Below, one piece after another: positions 11,785-25,405 of a stretch of 64,000 bases of DNA. The translations under genes and the position numbers were made by a program. The notes below the pieces were generated by a model that searched no databases, had not been told where the DNA came from, and saw only the letters and a program-made list of their open reading frames with translations. The DNA comes from Octopus sinensis (taxonomy: Eukaryota), in contig NC_042999.1 in NCBI RefSeq assembly GCF_006345805.1, positions 95,046,001-95,110,000 of the forward strand, written 5' to 3'. How positions within the stretch are numbered: position 1 is the stretch's first letter; the number at the start of each line of letters is the position of its first letter.

Positions 11785-11884
11785 CTCCTTCTTTTTTCCT
11801 TTACTGAGCGTCCAATAACACTATACTTCTTCCACGTCCTCGCGTTGTTGTGTTTTCTCTTTGTGTTTTCATGTTTGGATTTAC

Positions 11885-11915
<31 letters not shown>

Positions 11916-12058
11916 TTTTAGCTCTAAAATATGGGGCCTTAAATCTTCATTAAAAAAATAACTACATATTTTTCCATTGAGTGCCTGGCCACTTTTTAAT
12001 GATTCTCTCGCTCGCTCTCCCTTAATCCCTTCTCTCTCTCTCTCTCTCTTTCTTTCTC

Positions 12059-12091
<33 letters not shown>

Positions 12092-12371
12092 TCTGTGTGA
12101 CACACAAGCATGACATTAAATTACCCACAGCAGATGTTAAATTCAATAAACTATTGCCTAGTGCTCGAAATTGAAGTACGGAAAATATGTAGAAAATGGG
12201 AGAATATAGTAGTCAGGGATAGGAGATATCTGATCTTACCTGAGCGGCTGTCTTTTGCATCTGCTGTAATTTTTTTTTTTTTTTTACTTATAAACACAAT
12301 ATTTAGTTTTGTTTATGCAGTGCTTCAGCATGGCCGCAGTCAAATGACTGAAACAAGTAAAAGCATTAAAG

Positions 12372-12372
<1 letters not shown>

Positions 12373-12450
<78 letters not shown>
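12373..12450. repeat. (CA)n(TA)n microsatellite
   Basis: Direct reading; it accounts for much of ORFs 12110-12724, 12284-12496 and 12340-12720. Confidence 0.95.
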
Positions 12451-12451
<1 letters not shown>

Positions 12452-12759
12452 CCGAGAGAGAGATTGATTGACACATACATAAGTACATACATACATAGTG
12501 TGTCAGGAACAACTACAGCAACAACAAAAGTGGTAAACAGTGGTAAGAGATGCTGGAGGACATTGAAAGAAATACCACCAGTATCAGTACCACAATCTCC
12601 ATCACCACAGCTTCTAGCATCACAGCTGCTACCTCCACCAGCAGCAAACTTAATGGCGCTAGCACCGTGTTTACCAGAACAATTGCCAACGGTTTTACTA
12701 ATGCATCTTGAATGCATCATCTAATTTCTTTATCGCTTCAGAATCTAAATGGAGCCAAG

Positions 12760-14995
12760 AATTCGATAAGATCGAAAGATCAGCGATGATTATCTGTGCA
12801 AGAACTGATGCATAAGGAAACCCGCATGAACACAATACTGTATAAGTGTATAGATTAAAGTCCAAGCGGGTAAAACGAGCAATGCAGGCCTAAATTGAAA
12901 AGTGCCTCAAACCAATCTCGAGCATCAAACGCTACATTTCTCGAGAGGGTAGGTATGTTACGGTTTAGGTGAGGCTTCTGACTGAAAAGGAGGCCAGGAA
13001 ACAGTGAAACCTCTAAGAATTAAAACAGTGATCGCTATATCGACTTACCTTGGCTGGGGAGTGGTTACTATAAAGGTGATTTACATAATACCAGATATAG
13101 ATATATACTAGATAGTGATGGCTGTCTTGTTAGGCATGATTACAAAGACGACCTTACAACGAGTCGTTAGGCAGCGGAAAATAGCTTGTGAAGCACGGAG
13201 ATGGAACTGTTCATTCATATAGATCAAGAGAGCCTAGAAGCCAATTTCAATCTAATCAACCCGCTAAGTAGCCTGCAGATGTTCGTAGCGATTGTGGCCA
13301 GAAGGCCACGCTGTTACATATGTGGTTAACACCACTCACTGATAATATTCTGACTACAGTAATGAAGGGAGAAAGAATTCCCCAACAGCAACAACATCAA
13401 CAACAAAAAGAGAAATATCAAGGGTAACACCAACAGCAATATTAACACTAATAGCAGCAACATGAACAACAGCAGCTATACAACACCAATGGACACAGCC
13501 ACAACAACAGCAGCCGCGGACAACAAAATTACAGCCCAGGAAGACAACGTTGCTAATACCAACTTAAACAGCCCCTATTTTCACCAGCCCACAAAGTGAA
13601 CCAGTATTCATACACACACACTTACACACACTTACTTGCATACTAGCAGTCATCTTTGATTACTACGATCGGGTTAAATAACTTCTTGTCTCTATCGGTG
13701 CATATCTTCAGATAGAAGGAATTGGGACGAGGTTATGAGCAAAGTCGCCAGTCTCTTCCAGAAATGGACTCTTAACAAGCTATCTCTGAAAAGCTGAACA
13801 AGTGTGGTGAACGCTTGCATTGCATCCGTCGTAAATTACAGCCTGACCGTCATGCTTTGCCTCAGCTTCCATCTCACCCGATTAGAGCAACTAGCTCTTC
13901 ATTTCTTGCGGAAAAGGCGCGTTCTAGTGATCAAGTAGTCCATTTGCTGACAAAACCCATTTGCGCAGAGGGTTTGCTACATCATGATTGATGCGCAAAC
14001 ATGCGTTGAGGCTTCCTCTACTACAAATCTTTCAAGTGAACAGATGTGGTCGCTCTTTGTCAGACGGCTTTCTAGCAGCCTCTCTCTTTGTCCGAGCCGT
14101 GAGTGTGTATGAAGAAAGAAGAGCCAGGGACCAGTTACTTGGCATCTAGAACGTTGTCCCTCTTCAAGTCAGTTGAGGACAGGAAGTGCCTGACAACAAT
14201 CTTAACGATATTTTCTGGAAAACACTTGGCATCGAGGAGAACAAACTAGCTGGTCTGTCCAAGAAGATTTTTGACCTAGGAATTATGGACAATTTCCAGA
14301 AATTCCTGGCCTAGAGGTGCTACCTCCACACAAACTTTACTGGTTCCAGACAAACTCTACTGGTATGAAAGTACAATCAGCCAGGCCAATTCGAGATGTG
14401 CCCAAAGCGATGAAACCGTTCAGCACGTATTTGTTCAACTCAAGCATTGCTAACATGTGGAGTTTTGTCGAACAGCTATAGTTACATGTAGAACCGATCC
14501 TCATGTTGGCCGACTCCATCGTGAAGATTGCCACATTACCTTCTTTCGGCCGGAAAGAACCGATTATTTTTTTCTCTACTTGGTGGTTATGAAGAAGGAT
14601 AGTATAGTGAACATCTTGAAAGGACTGAATACAGACACTTTTCTTTTCGGCCAATTCCTCACCAACCTTTTTCGTGTTTCCCTTGGCGAGGAATGTGAGA
14701 GTGAAGAGGTAGTTACTGTCCCACTGCCAGTAAATTTATTGAAAGTTGAGTGAGAGTAGAGAAAATGGCCCAAGTGAATGTCCTATTTTAAACAGACACC
14801 CGTTGGCTACAAAAGATACATGAGAGAATGAGAAGGCACTTGGTTTTCGTGCCCTTGCTATTGGTAGCCTTGGTGATACGCAGGATCTGTAGTTGGCTGG
14901 ATTGCTCCCAAGTGCTTCCCACCCCCGCTTCCTGCTGGGATTTCCTTTTACTGTCTACATTCTGTCATTTGGATCCTTCATGGCCAATAAAGAAA
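12760..14995 (+). mobile_element. Decayed, internally deleted L1/Tx1-like LINE
   Basis: ORF1-type knuckle ARRPRCYICG near 13300. RT C-terminal NWDEVMSKVASLFQKWTLNKLSLK..VNYSLTVM near 13730-13850. Zinc-finger remnant RCAQSDETVQHVF near 14395, then LKGLNTDTFLFGQFLTNLF, and AATAAA near 14987. Confidence 0.75.
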
Positions 14996-16451
14996 ACATT
15001 ACTGTTATTTGTTGCTTTATGTTTCTTACCTCTCCAGGATACACCATTAACTGCTAATATGATTTTTTTAAATCAACCAGATTACATGTTTAGCTTAGAG
15101 GATGGTGTGTGTGTGCGTGAGTGTGTGCATGTATGTGTGCGCGCGTACGTGTGTGCATGTGTGCGAGCGTGCAAATGTGTGTAAACTATGTTCAGAGCAA
15201 GATGCTTTTTATTCCTGTATTTTTTTTCTGCGTAAGAAAACAACATTAAATCGCCAAACAATTTTTTTCGATATCAGGCATTTCAAACTTGACGATTGAG
15301 ACAGTACGCACCCCCATTAAAAGAAATAGAAATTCACAGAAGCAGAAATCATGTAAACAAGATTCGACATATATTTATACTTTGAAAAACACGCAGGAAA
15401 AAACGCAGTTTTTACAAGTAAACATATTTCTGACCATGACATGCACAAACAGTGTTAGCCAAAATTCTAACGGAGAAAAGAATAAACGCAAACGTTAGTT
15501 TTAGCTTGCATTGCCAGCAATAAGAAAAAAATTGAATATGAATCAAATTGTTGGGGGAAATGATTCACAAATATGTAACCAAGTTAATTATTTCTCACCT
15601 GGAAGTGAAGAAAAGTATCCTACCTCTGCTTCAAAAATGAGGAAGCAGATTTTATTTGCCCTTTCGAATTTTTAGAGAAAGCCTTGGCCAATGTATGTAG
15701 TTTCCATCGATCGTCGTTGAATATATGGAAACATCTACTTGGGTGTACGTGCGGGTGTATAAATGTCTGCGTATGTGCCTATACGCATCCCGACCCGTGT
15801 TAGCAAGTGTAGTAATCTTCGCTCGCTTTAAACTTAATGCAATCTAATCCTTCCCCAGCAGGTCTCATCCTATCTATGTTCCTACTCCATTTACTTACCT
15901 TCTTTTTTTCTTTTCGTATTTCTTCCTTCTCTACAGTTTATATGCTTATATTTACGATTATTTACTATATTTGTAATGAATATTTAATAATATTTAATAT
16001 GCTTATATTTACAACTATTTACTATATTTGTTATGAATATTTAATAATCAGGACAATTGTATCAATGCCTCATTCTCTAACTGAAGCGGGCAAATAACAA
16101 CATGATCGCCCAAACTCAAGATTTTTGCGAGACATCACTTTATGTATGAATGTTCCTGATGCGACCCCGACCACAAAATTGATGCAAAACAATATGATGC
16201 ACAGCATCCTACTCATAAGGGACAGTCGCAGGATAGTACGAAACGATCGTCGAAGAGAATAAAGACTAATACCAAATCCATTTTATGTTTCGTTAATCGA
16301 TTATTATCTGAGCTAACACTGCGGAATTCCTGACGTAGGTCCAACGAAAATATACCCCAAATGCAGATGCCACCAAGCAGCTCAAACAGTACTAGTGCCT
16401 TACTCAACACATCACTGCACTAACTGACATATACTCATTATTCCAAAATAT

Positions 16452-16519
<68 letters not shown>

Positions 16520-16626
16520 AAACTTGATTTAAAAATGGCTTAATGATCTCATCAGGTATTAAGTTAGATATGGGCATGGGCTAATCTTTGGCCCCAAAAT
16601 ATCTAATTATCGAAGGTATATATATA

Positions 16627-16679
<53 letters not shown>

Positions 16680-16792
16680 CATACATACATACATACTTCG
16701 ATAACTTAGATATTTGGGGGCCAAAGATTAGCCCATGCTCATATCTGACTTAATACCTGATGAGATCATTAAGCCATTTTTAAATCAAGTTT
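16520..16792. repeat. Fold-back with about 96-bp inverted arms around a (TA)n(CATA)n spacer
   Basis: 16520-16615 matches the reverse complement of 16696-16792 with three substitutions and one indel. Confidence 0.92.
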
Positions 16793-17024
16793 GGTGACAT
16801 CATGGCCCATATCCAGGTATAAGGGGCTTATCTGGTATCCCTCGAAGAAATATGTCTAGGGTTCATTTGAAGGTGATTTTTCGCTTCTGATTTGTTTTAG
16901 GATAATGTTAAACAGAGCAGGGCCTGTTGAGGAAAAGAAATTGCGTTGCAGTGAATTCATGACTTCTGAGCCTAGATTGTTTCGGCGTGTATGGCTCGTG
17001 GCCCCAGCCTTGGATGAATTCTAA

Positions 17025-17124
17025 NNNNNNNNNNNNNNNNNNNNNNNNNNNNNNNNNNNNNNNNNNNNNNNNNNNNNNNNNNNNNNNNNNNNNNNNNNNN
17101 NNNNNNNNNNNNNNNNNNNNNNNN
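17025..17124. other. Assembly gap (100 N)
   Basis: Exactly 100 N, typical of an unsized scaffold join. Confidence 0.99.
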
Positions 17125-17696
17125 TATACCCTATATGTATACATACATTAGTAGATGTGTTTGTGTGTATGAATGTGTGTATGTGTGTGTAATATAGATG
17201 ATAGATAGATAGATTGATAGATAAATAGATAGACATATATATACATGTGTATGCATGTTCACTTCTATTTTTAATTGTTTAAAATATTCCTATAAGGGAG
17301 GAATTGGGTTCTCACAAAGATACTAAGCTTAATCATTGGAATGTAATAAAAAAAAAACACAAATTCACATTCTAGACTTGAGAAAAGTCTTGCATACTCT
17401 TACTATTCCACTTACAGGTGCTCATTTGCTGGTTGATATCTTTTTCTGAAAATTCTAGCTTTGTCACTTAGACATTTATTCACATAACCAAATATACCAG
17501 TTATTTTTAATTCATTATCAAAATATTTATAATCAGGATATAGAATTTATAATCAAGATATAGAAACAGTATGTTTGCAATTATAATAAAATCTGACTGA
17601 AGACTCCTTTTTCCAAACATTGTAATACTAAAGACAATTCAATGTGTATTATAAATTGGATTTTTTTTTCTGAAATTTCAATGCCCATAATTGCAG

Positions 17697-17878
17697 GTGT
17701 GCATTATACATGAGTTCATATCATATATGAATAAACATGGGAACGCCCTTGTGGAATTGATGAGTGAAATTTCTTGGCATCCAATTGCAAAATTTGATTT
17801 GTTCTATGAGAATAAAAAGCTATTTGCAATACATCCTATACATGGGGATGATTTGTTTCTGAGTCATCTCTACAGACT
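17697..17878 (+). CDS. Candidate internal coding exon of an unidentified gene (VCIIHEFISYMNKHGNALVELMSEISWHPIAKFDLFYENKKLFAIHPIHGDDLFLSHLYRL)
   Basis: T-rich tract then TTGCAG acceptor, 182-nt open frame (phase 0 to 2), GTGAGC donor, and non-repetitive protein-like composition. No family recognised. Confidence 0.55.
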
Positions 17879-19399
17879 GTGAGCACTCAAACTAGCAGAA
17901 ATAACAGCAAAATCACCTTCAAATCACATTCTATTTTGAGAGTGATCTTGAGTTGCTTGCATATTGTGGAAAGAAGGTATAGTTACAGCTGGAATGCCTT
18001 TACTCATAGATGTGTTCAATTAGAGCTGACTTTGGGTTAAACATTAACTGCAACATTGATACTGTTAACTATGTAAATTAAAGAATATAGAATGATGGGA
18101 GGGAATGGCAAGCTGCAATATTTGTGCCTTTCCACCTAACATTAGAAACATGTGGAGCGAAATAATTTGCTTATTCATTTATTTCATGTAAACATTACAA
18201 TATACATAGCATTATCAGCTCTGTACTCCCCCCCCCACACACACATGCATACAAATATACACAAAGACACTATATATACACTGATGTACAAATATATATT
18301 CACACTTTGATCACATATTCACACACACAGTATATGCACATACATGTGCACTTACATACACAATACATGCATATACACAAACTATCCACACATACATGTA
18401 CAGATATACTCAGACATACAATATATACCTTTAACTATCTATACACATACACATTCGCTGAAATACTTATGAACTATGCATACATATAAGTATACACTTG
18501 CTATGCACACATACTCACACATTAGTTGCCCACACATATACATATACACATCTTCATCATTGAAAAGACATACAAACCATACATAAATACATACTAATCA
18601 CACATACATATACATTATCTACTCACTTAAGCATACACATGCACAAATATGCAGATATATGTACTCAGAAACACAAACACACACACATACACACAAACAC
18701 ACAAACCTAGCAATACATGTATTTACACAGTTTAGAGTTTAAATTTAACTGTACAATACTTTAAAGACTTTACCATTCCATTGCAATTTGCCTAAAGCAA
18801 AGTAAATTTATTTCCCCTGTGGAAATGTCAGTGCTAAGGAACATGTTTCAAATATTTCAGATTTCTTATTAAGGTATCTTGTAATTAACAATCAAAAGCA
18901 ACAATACATTTTCATGTCTTTCAAACTATATTTTAAGCACAACATATATCCTATTAGTCAATCAGAAGTGGATGGTGAGGGAGGAGCAATGCTCATGATG
19001 TCTTTTGCAGATACTCTTAGACAATGTATTAAATGAATCTCAAAACATTGATAATGAAGATGAAAAGATTAATTAAAATATCTCTCTCTCACCCTCCATA
19101 TACATGTATACTTGCATTCACCTACACTAACACACACAAACAAATGGTATATAGCATATGCATGTATATCTTTGTGTATATGTATCTACATATGTACAAA
19201 CACACACACACATACGTAAATAATGTAGAAGTATCTTATATCTGAGATGTAAAAACATTGAAGCTGATATTCAGTTTAAACATGTGTAGCTTGACATCTG
19301 CAGAGGAAAAAAAAAAGACATGTGTAAGAAGGGGAATTCCAGAACGTGACAACTTTGCAAGGGAAACCAAGGTGGGGAGTGAAATAAAACCAAGAATGA

Positions 19400-19745
19400 T
19401 GCAAGGAGAGACCTGTATGCTTAGGTGTATTAGATGGGGGTGGTGTGGAGCATAACCAAAACTTGTTAAAACCTGGCTAAGTGGAAGTAGAAAAAATTTG
19501 TCAATGGCTCAGAAACACAGGATTCAAATGCAAGATGAAAGAAAGAATTTATTGTGGCATAAGAACAAAGCTTTTCCACCTAAAACTACAAAAATATGCC
19601 ATGAAGCAGAATACATATAGTAACACCAGCATACGTGATGGTTGTGAAGAAACACATTGTTTCTGGTTGCTCAGACTTGGTAAGAAAAAAAGAAATATAT
19701 ACAACCATGACAGAGCTAGCACTTTCATACCCTGGATATGATGTT
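19400..19745 (+). mobile_element. Highly decayed R4/Dong-like non-LTR fragment
   Basis: CQWLRNTGFKCKMKERIY..EETHCF..HD..W resembles the WL..G.LK.ETE..CCHC..RHD region of restriction-like-endonuclease LINEs. Confidence 0.5.
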
Positions 19746-20031
19746 AGCATTATGAAACAGCAACAACAAAGAAATGGTACAAAGGCCTCAGAGAATATTA
19801 ATGTGAAATATTAATTCATAGAAATAGGAAAATTTAGGAAAATTGTTGAGGTGTATCATTAAAATCCATCAAGAAATTACTCAATCCTTTGTTGAAATAT
19901 CAATTGTCAAAGGCAGTAATAAGTAATATATCTCTAAAAGAATGGAAAACTATACAAACATAATGATCTAGAAAGAGGTATTCAGAAATAAATAGAAATA
20001 ATCCAAATATGAGGAACTGCTTGAGAATGAT

Positions 20032-20372
20032 GCAAGCATGGCTGTGTGATAAGAAGCTTTCTTCCCAACCACATGGTTCTGGGTTCAGTCTCACTGCATG
20101 GCACATTGGGCAAGTGTCTACTACTATAACATCAAGCCAACCAAAAGTTTTGTGAGTGAATTTTAGTAGATGGAAACTGAAAAAAGATCATTGATGTGTG
20201 TGTGTCTGTCTGTCTGTCTGCCTGTGTTCGTTGGTACCACACTGCCACTTGACAACTGGTGTTGGTGTATTTACATCCCCATTATTTAGCAGTAGTTCAG
20301 AAAAAGGGACCAATAGAATAAGTACTGGGCTTTAAAAAATGTCCTGGAGTTGATTCATTTGACTAAAATTCT
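20032..20372 (+). mobile_element. tRNA-derived SINE family 1
   Basis: Head GCATGGCTGTGTG..GGTTCAGTC (Pol III A/B-box-like) and central TTGGGCAAGTGTC. Collinear with 51244-51665. Confidence 0.85.
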
Positions 20373-20868
20373 TCCATCAAATTTGCTAGACATAGAATCT
20401 CACTTTCCAATCACACACCCTACTTCAACTCGAACTTCAGAAAGTTGGGAAGAATAATTCTGCTCTCAACACTTTCAAATGTGTCCAATATATGACAACT
20501 TAGGTCCAGTCATCTAGTCATCAGACACTGATAAATTGCTTGCTCTCCCTTGTTAAAAAATGAGGTGGTAAAATGATCTTTATGGATTTGGCCAATAACT
20601 GAATCTGTTTTGTACATGAGGAAAGCAATTTGACATATCTCTGCTTGTTAACAATGCTCAGATACTAAATAAGTGTGCATGAAGAGTGCTTTTAATACTC
20701 CCCATGTAGCATTGCATATGCCCAAGGTGCACAGAGCAGCACTTGATTGTACAGTGAAAGCATACAATTAAGATAAAAGACTACAGAAAAAAAAAAGGTG
20801 AGGTGTCTGAAAATGTAAACACTGGGCAAATAAATACCTTAACATGTTTACCTTCATTTTCTACATAC

Positions 20869-20951
20869 TGGTTTCAAAACCTGCTGAAGTTGACTGCCAG
20901 TTAGTCTTCCAGGGCAACCAAAAGAAAAGTAATAAAGAAGTTGATAGTTCC
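20869..20951 (-). CDS. Candidate coding exon (xNYQLLYYFSFGCPGRLTGSQLQQVLKP), unidentified
   Basis: TTTTTCCAG acceptor, GTATGT donor and an 83-nt open frame. A second polypyrimidine-AG acceptor lies about 88 nt downstream. Could be chance. Confidence 0.33.
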
Positions 20952-22917
20952 CTGGAAAAATTGATCTTTTGCCTACTCAAACGAAATGATAACATTATTT
21001 GTATGAATGTGTATGTAGGTGATATCTATAATACTTTATCTAAAAGCTGATATTGTATTGTATGGATGTAAATAAGAAGTTCAATCAATTCTTTTGAAAT
21101 ATATTCTACCAGTGAAAAGGTCAAGACACATAATTATCATACATAAAACCAATTTTATGTTACTGTATCATGAAATACATTTTGACAAAACAGTTTTTGT
21201 CAGGTTATGATTTTGTTTAATGTTTCAAATACTTTCTTGATAAAACTTTTATGTATGTGTGTGTTTTAATCTTCTTGGTTGTATAAATTCATTGCTAGTG
21301 CTTCTTGCCCTGTTCTGGTAAAAGAATAATTCTGAATAATAGTTAATATGTCTCAATGGAAAACGATAAAATATTCAAATCAGTAGCAATTGATTTAGTA
21401 ATGTATTCAAAATTCATTTGCAATATGTTCAGATTAGTTAATTTAAGAACTTGAGTCAATACCTTCAGAACTATGTTCTGTGTTTTCCCTCCTGGTACTT
21501 CAAGTCAACAAACTTCTTATGACTTCCACAGTACAATCAGTGAGCAACTGATGGCATTGAATTTAAGTATCTTGCTTACTGAAGCATACAATGCCACTGA
21601 CCTGATTTGAACTAGTGACATCTTAGTTTGTTGTCCAGTACCCTATTAACTCAAGCGATATATGTTCTCTCTTATTGTAAAAGTTGTGTGAAATATACCA
21701 TACTATTCCACAATGCAAACTTGCAAATACTATTCTCCTCTTTGATAATGCCACAGAACAAAGCCATTTACTTTAGAAATCTAGATAATCTAGTGCTACA
21801 TACATTGGTTAAATAAAAGATTGGATAGTCATGGCTGGAATGCTTTTGATTATATATCTATTCAATCAAGCTGGCTTTGAGCTAAACAACAATGACTTAG
21901 AAACTTATGCTTTATACAGTAAATAGCTCAATTTACAAATATTTTATCAAATCAAACAGTTTTCCAGTGTAGATCAAGTTAAATTTCCCAAGTCAAACTA
22001 ATGTTGCTGTTGAATTTTTATATATTATTATTTTTCAAGCTAAAATACTTTCAAATGGACCATTTTCCCCAAAGAATAGCAGCAAATTAGATGCATGGAT
22101 TATAAATTGACACAGAATTGATAATGGAGAAAGCACTTATGAGGTGAAAATGGTTTCTAGATAAGATCAGTTATGGAATAAAGGCAATGTTAAATTTGAT
22201 TGAAAATTATATCCTTTGAGGGCAATATCACATTAGAAGTGAAAATCATAGTGTTAAAAGAGAGTGTTAAAATAGTGATATGTTATAGAATTCAAATTTT
22301 TAGACCCAATAACTTTACTAGAGATATTGAATAAGTTCACAGCATTTCTAACAGATCATTATGACAACCCAGTAATGCCAAACAACGAGCACAACAAATA
22401 AATAAATAATACATTGAATAAGTTTCTTATATAATCACATGAACTGCTGAATGAGCAATAAAATCTGCCTGAATAAAATTCCAGTTGTTTTTAGAATGAA
22501 GAACAAGCACCACACAAAGATCTTTAATGCTAACAGAAGAGACAAAAAGAGCTGCATTATACTGGTGTATGTGGATGACTGAAAGTGGTCAAGAATGTAG
22601 CTCCTATTCCAACATAGTAGTCGAAGTAGAAGGATGTTTATTCAATGAAAAGTCAAAACACTTCAGTGTAAGATTTATTTCAGTCAAAACTTTGCTTCAT
22701 CAGAGATTGTATGCTACAATGACTTTTAACACAAGATATTCATTCGTATGGATAGAATATTGTCAATTGAATCAGTATTTTGCTGGAACCTTATTTTAGT
22801 GTTTCTGGTTGGATTTGAACTCAGAATACAAAGAAACACAACTAAATAGTAGAACACATTTCATATGGCATTTTACAAGTTTTCTATTTACAACTCTAAA
22901 TAATAATGATAATAAGA

Positions 22918-23135
22918 GTTTCCAATTTTGGCACCAGGTCAACAATTTTAACCGGTGGGGGTTTAGTTGATTAAACTGAAACCAGTACTCAACTGGTTTT
23001 ATCAACAGCAAAAGGATGAAACACAAAGTTGACCTCAGCAAGATTTGTACTCATAGTGTAAAGAACAAAAAGAAAGCTGTCAAGCATTTTGTCTGATCTA
23101 CTAACTCTGCTAGCTCACTGCCTTTGTAATGGTTT
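22918..23135 (-). mobile_element. SINE family 2
   Basis: Reverse complement of the family seen at 36097-36312. Further copies lie near 23190, 29270, 50730, 51010, 52480 and 58510. Confidence 0.75.
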
Positions 23136-25226
23136 CAAATTTTAGCACAGCAATTTCAGGGGAGGAGATAAGTCAATTATATCAAACAAGTATTTAACTG
23201 GTACTTATTTTATTAACCCCAAAAGAATGAAAGGAATTGTCAACCTCAGCAGAATTTTAATTCAGATTATGAAGATGGACAAAAGATGCCCAGCATGCTT
23301 AATGATTCTGATAATAGTAATTTTTAAGATAAGCAAATGACTACAAATCTGGTGGAACAGGGTTTAACCAATTTAATCAATTCCAAACTCTAATATTCTT
23401 TTACTTGTTTCTATCATTGGTCTGTGGTTATGCTGGAGCACTGCTTTGAAGGTTTCCTTTAGATTTTTTCATTTTTTTCTTTTTTGTTTAAATTAATCCC
23501 AAAACTTCTGTTAAGCCTGAATACTTTTTTTTTCACAGCTGTTAAATTCTGGGGACCTAAACAACCCTACTTTAGTTGTTAGGCAGTGGGTGACAAACAA
23601 ATATGTATACACTCAAAGATACACACATACAAAATTTTTCTGTGCAGTTTCCATCTAGCAAATTCACTCCCAAGGGATCCATTGCCTTGACTACAGTTGA
23701 AGATACTGGTCTGAAGTGCTGCACAAGGAAACTAAACTCCAGATTATGTGATTGGGAGCTGAACTTCTCAATCACAAAGTCGTATCTGCACCTATATTTG
23801 ACTAATGCATATTTCATTAACCTAATTGGATGAAAAATTAAATCAACTGCAGTAGGATTTGAACTTACAATGGGAAGAATTGTCACAAAATATTTGTTTC
23901 TGATTTACTTGGAGCTTTACTAATTCTGACAACCCAATAAACAGACGGGAAGGAAAATGCTGCCTTTTATTTTTCATTTATCTTTTTTAATGCAAGCAAT
24001 GTTTCAGGAGTTGGTGTATATGTGAGTAAATAAAAGAATGAATAGAATGTGTATGTTGTGTTAGAAATAACATAACGTACTACAGATAGATAATAGTGGT
24101 GTGCTAGTAGTGTGCTCCAAGTAGTGTCTGGTGTATCAATTCCCCTGTTGTCAGAGCCCCTAGATTAAGGAGAATATTGGAAACACAATGTGCCACACAA
24201 AACCATTGTAAAATGGTAAACATTGGCAGTCAATTCAATCACCAGCCATATACTGGTGATTTATTTTATTAGCCAACATCCAGAAGTTAACCTCAGTATT
24301 GTTTAAATTTAGAATGTGAAGTGCTGAATCAAATTCCACAGAGAACTCTAATGATTCCAGCAATCCACTGCCCTAAGAAAACAATAACACCAAGCAAGTG
24401 AAAAGATGTCTACTTTCAGATTTTTCGGCTGGAGTCTTCATATTTCCTATAATTATTGTCAACATTCATAAACATACTTGATAACAAGACTCACAGATCC
24501 TTCGCCAACTTGCTCAAGGCTAGTTACACTTTTATTAGTTTTGTTAGTTATATATTTGTGCACACCTTTATGTTATTTCCTTTCAGTATAAAATTTCTTG
24601 AAGCTTCAAGAGAAAATAGCATATATTGTTCCACAATCAATAACAGGAGCCTTTCACAGAGTTGAATGGTGAGACCAACAAAACTAGAATACGAAATATA
24701 CACCAAGAATAAATATTTCGGAGGATTATCAGATAAGGTGACAACAAAAGGGTTTTAATATCAAAAAGTATAAGCAAAGTTTTCATTTTAATAGATACTC
24801 AGTTCTAGAGTTGATTGGAGAAAATAGAAAACTGATATTTATATATATATATATATCTCATTATCATCACCATAGTTTAACTTCTACCTTTCATGCGGGC
24901 ATGGGTAGGACAGTTCAACAGGAGCTGGCTTGGCAGGAGCCTACACCGGACTTCTTTGTATTTGACATGGTTTTTATAGCTGGATGCCCTTCCTAACACA
25001 ACACCAACCACCCAGCAGGGTGATGTGAAGCAGAGAAAGAAATAACAACATCAAAAGCCACAAAGTATAAATCTTTAAAATATTTATTCATATGTAGACA
25101 CATTTGTGTGTGTGTGTGTGTGTATGCATGTATAAAATTAATATAGACAGCCATATGCAATGTGTTACCAAAAACAGAAACTATAAATGTCACTAAATAT
25201 GACTAGGTTGTTAGAACACTGACTTG

Positions 25227-25405
25227 CTAGAAATAAGTGCTAAAAAGCTCTAATGCTGTGGTTAAAGCACATCATTGTATTCATATGTACTGATAAGGAC
25301 TGAAATCAACCAGTGCTTTCGGAAGGTTACAGTCTCTGTTAGTACAAATGTATACAATTATGTGCTTTAACTACAGCACTAGAGCTTTTTAGGTCTTATT
25401 TCTAG
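25227..25405. mobile_element. Palindromic MITE-like fold-back (179 bp)
   Basis: 25227-25272 matches the reverse complement of 25360-25405 at about 42/46. Pairing continues inward (ATTGTATTCATATGTACTG / TTAGTACAAATGTATACAAT), leaving a loop of about 27 nt. Confidence 0.7.

Noticed and set aside
12110-12724. 204-aa ORF and the overlapping minus-strand ORFs
   Set aside because: Held open by (CA)n/(TA)n and degenerate ACC/AGC triplet repeats, so it is low complexity.
14337-14654. 105-aa minus-strand ORF with protein-like composition
   Set aside because: It is antisense to the L1/Tx1-like zinc-finger and C-terminal region on the + strand.
15680-15770. CCAAT plus TATA promoter-like pair
   Set aside because: Short motifs are expected by chance in AT-rich DNA, and no downstream gene is supported.
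22527-22799. 90-aa ORF faintly resembling a Tc1 transposase (LTEETKRAALYWC)
   Set aside because: No DDE motif or TIRs were found, and the similarity is too weak.
24587-24668. Plus-strand segment with a strong acceptor and GTGAGA donor
   Set aside because: All three frames from the acceptor contain a stop, and the protein-like frame needs a weak alternative AAG acceptor.
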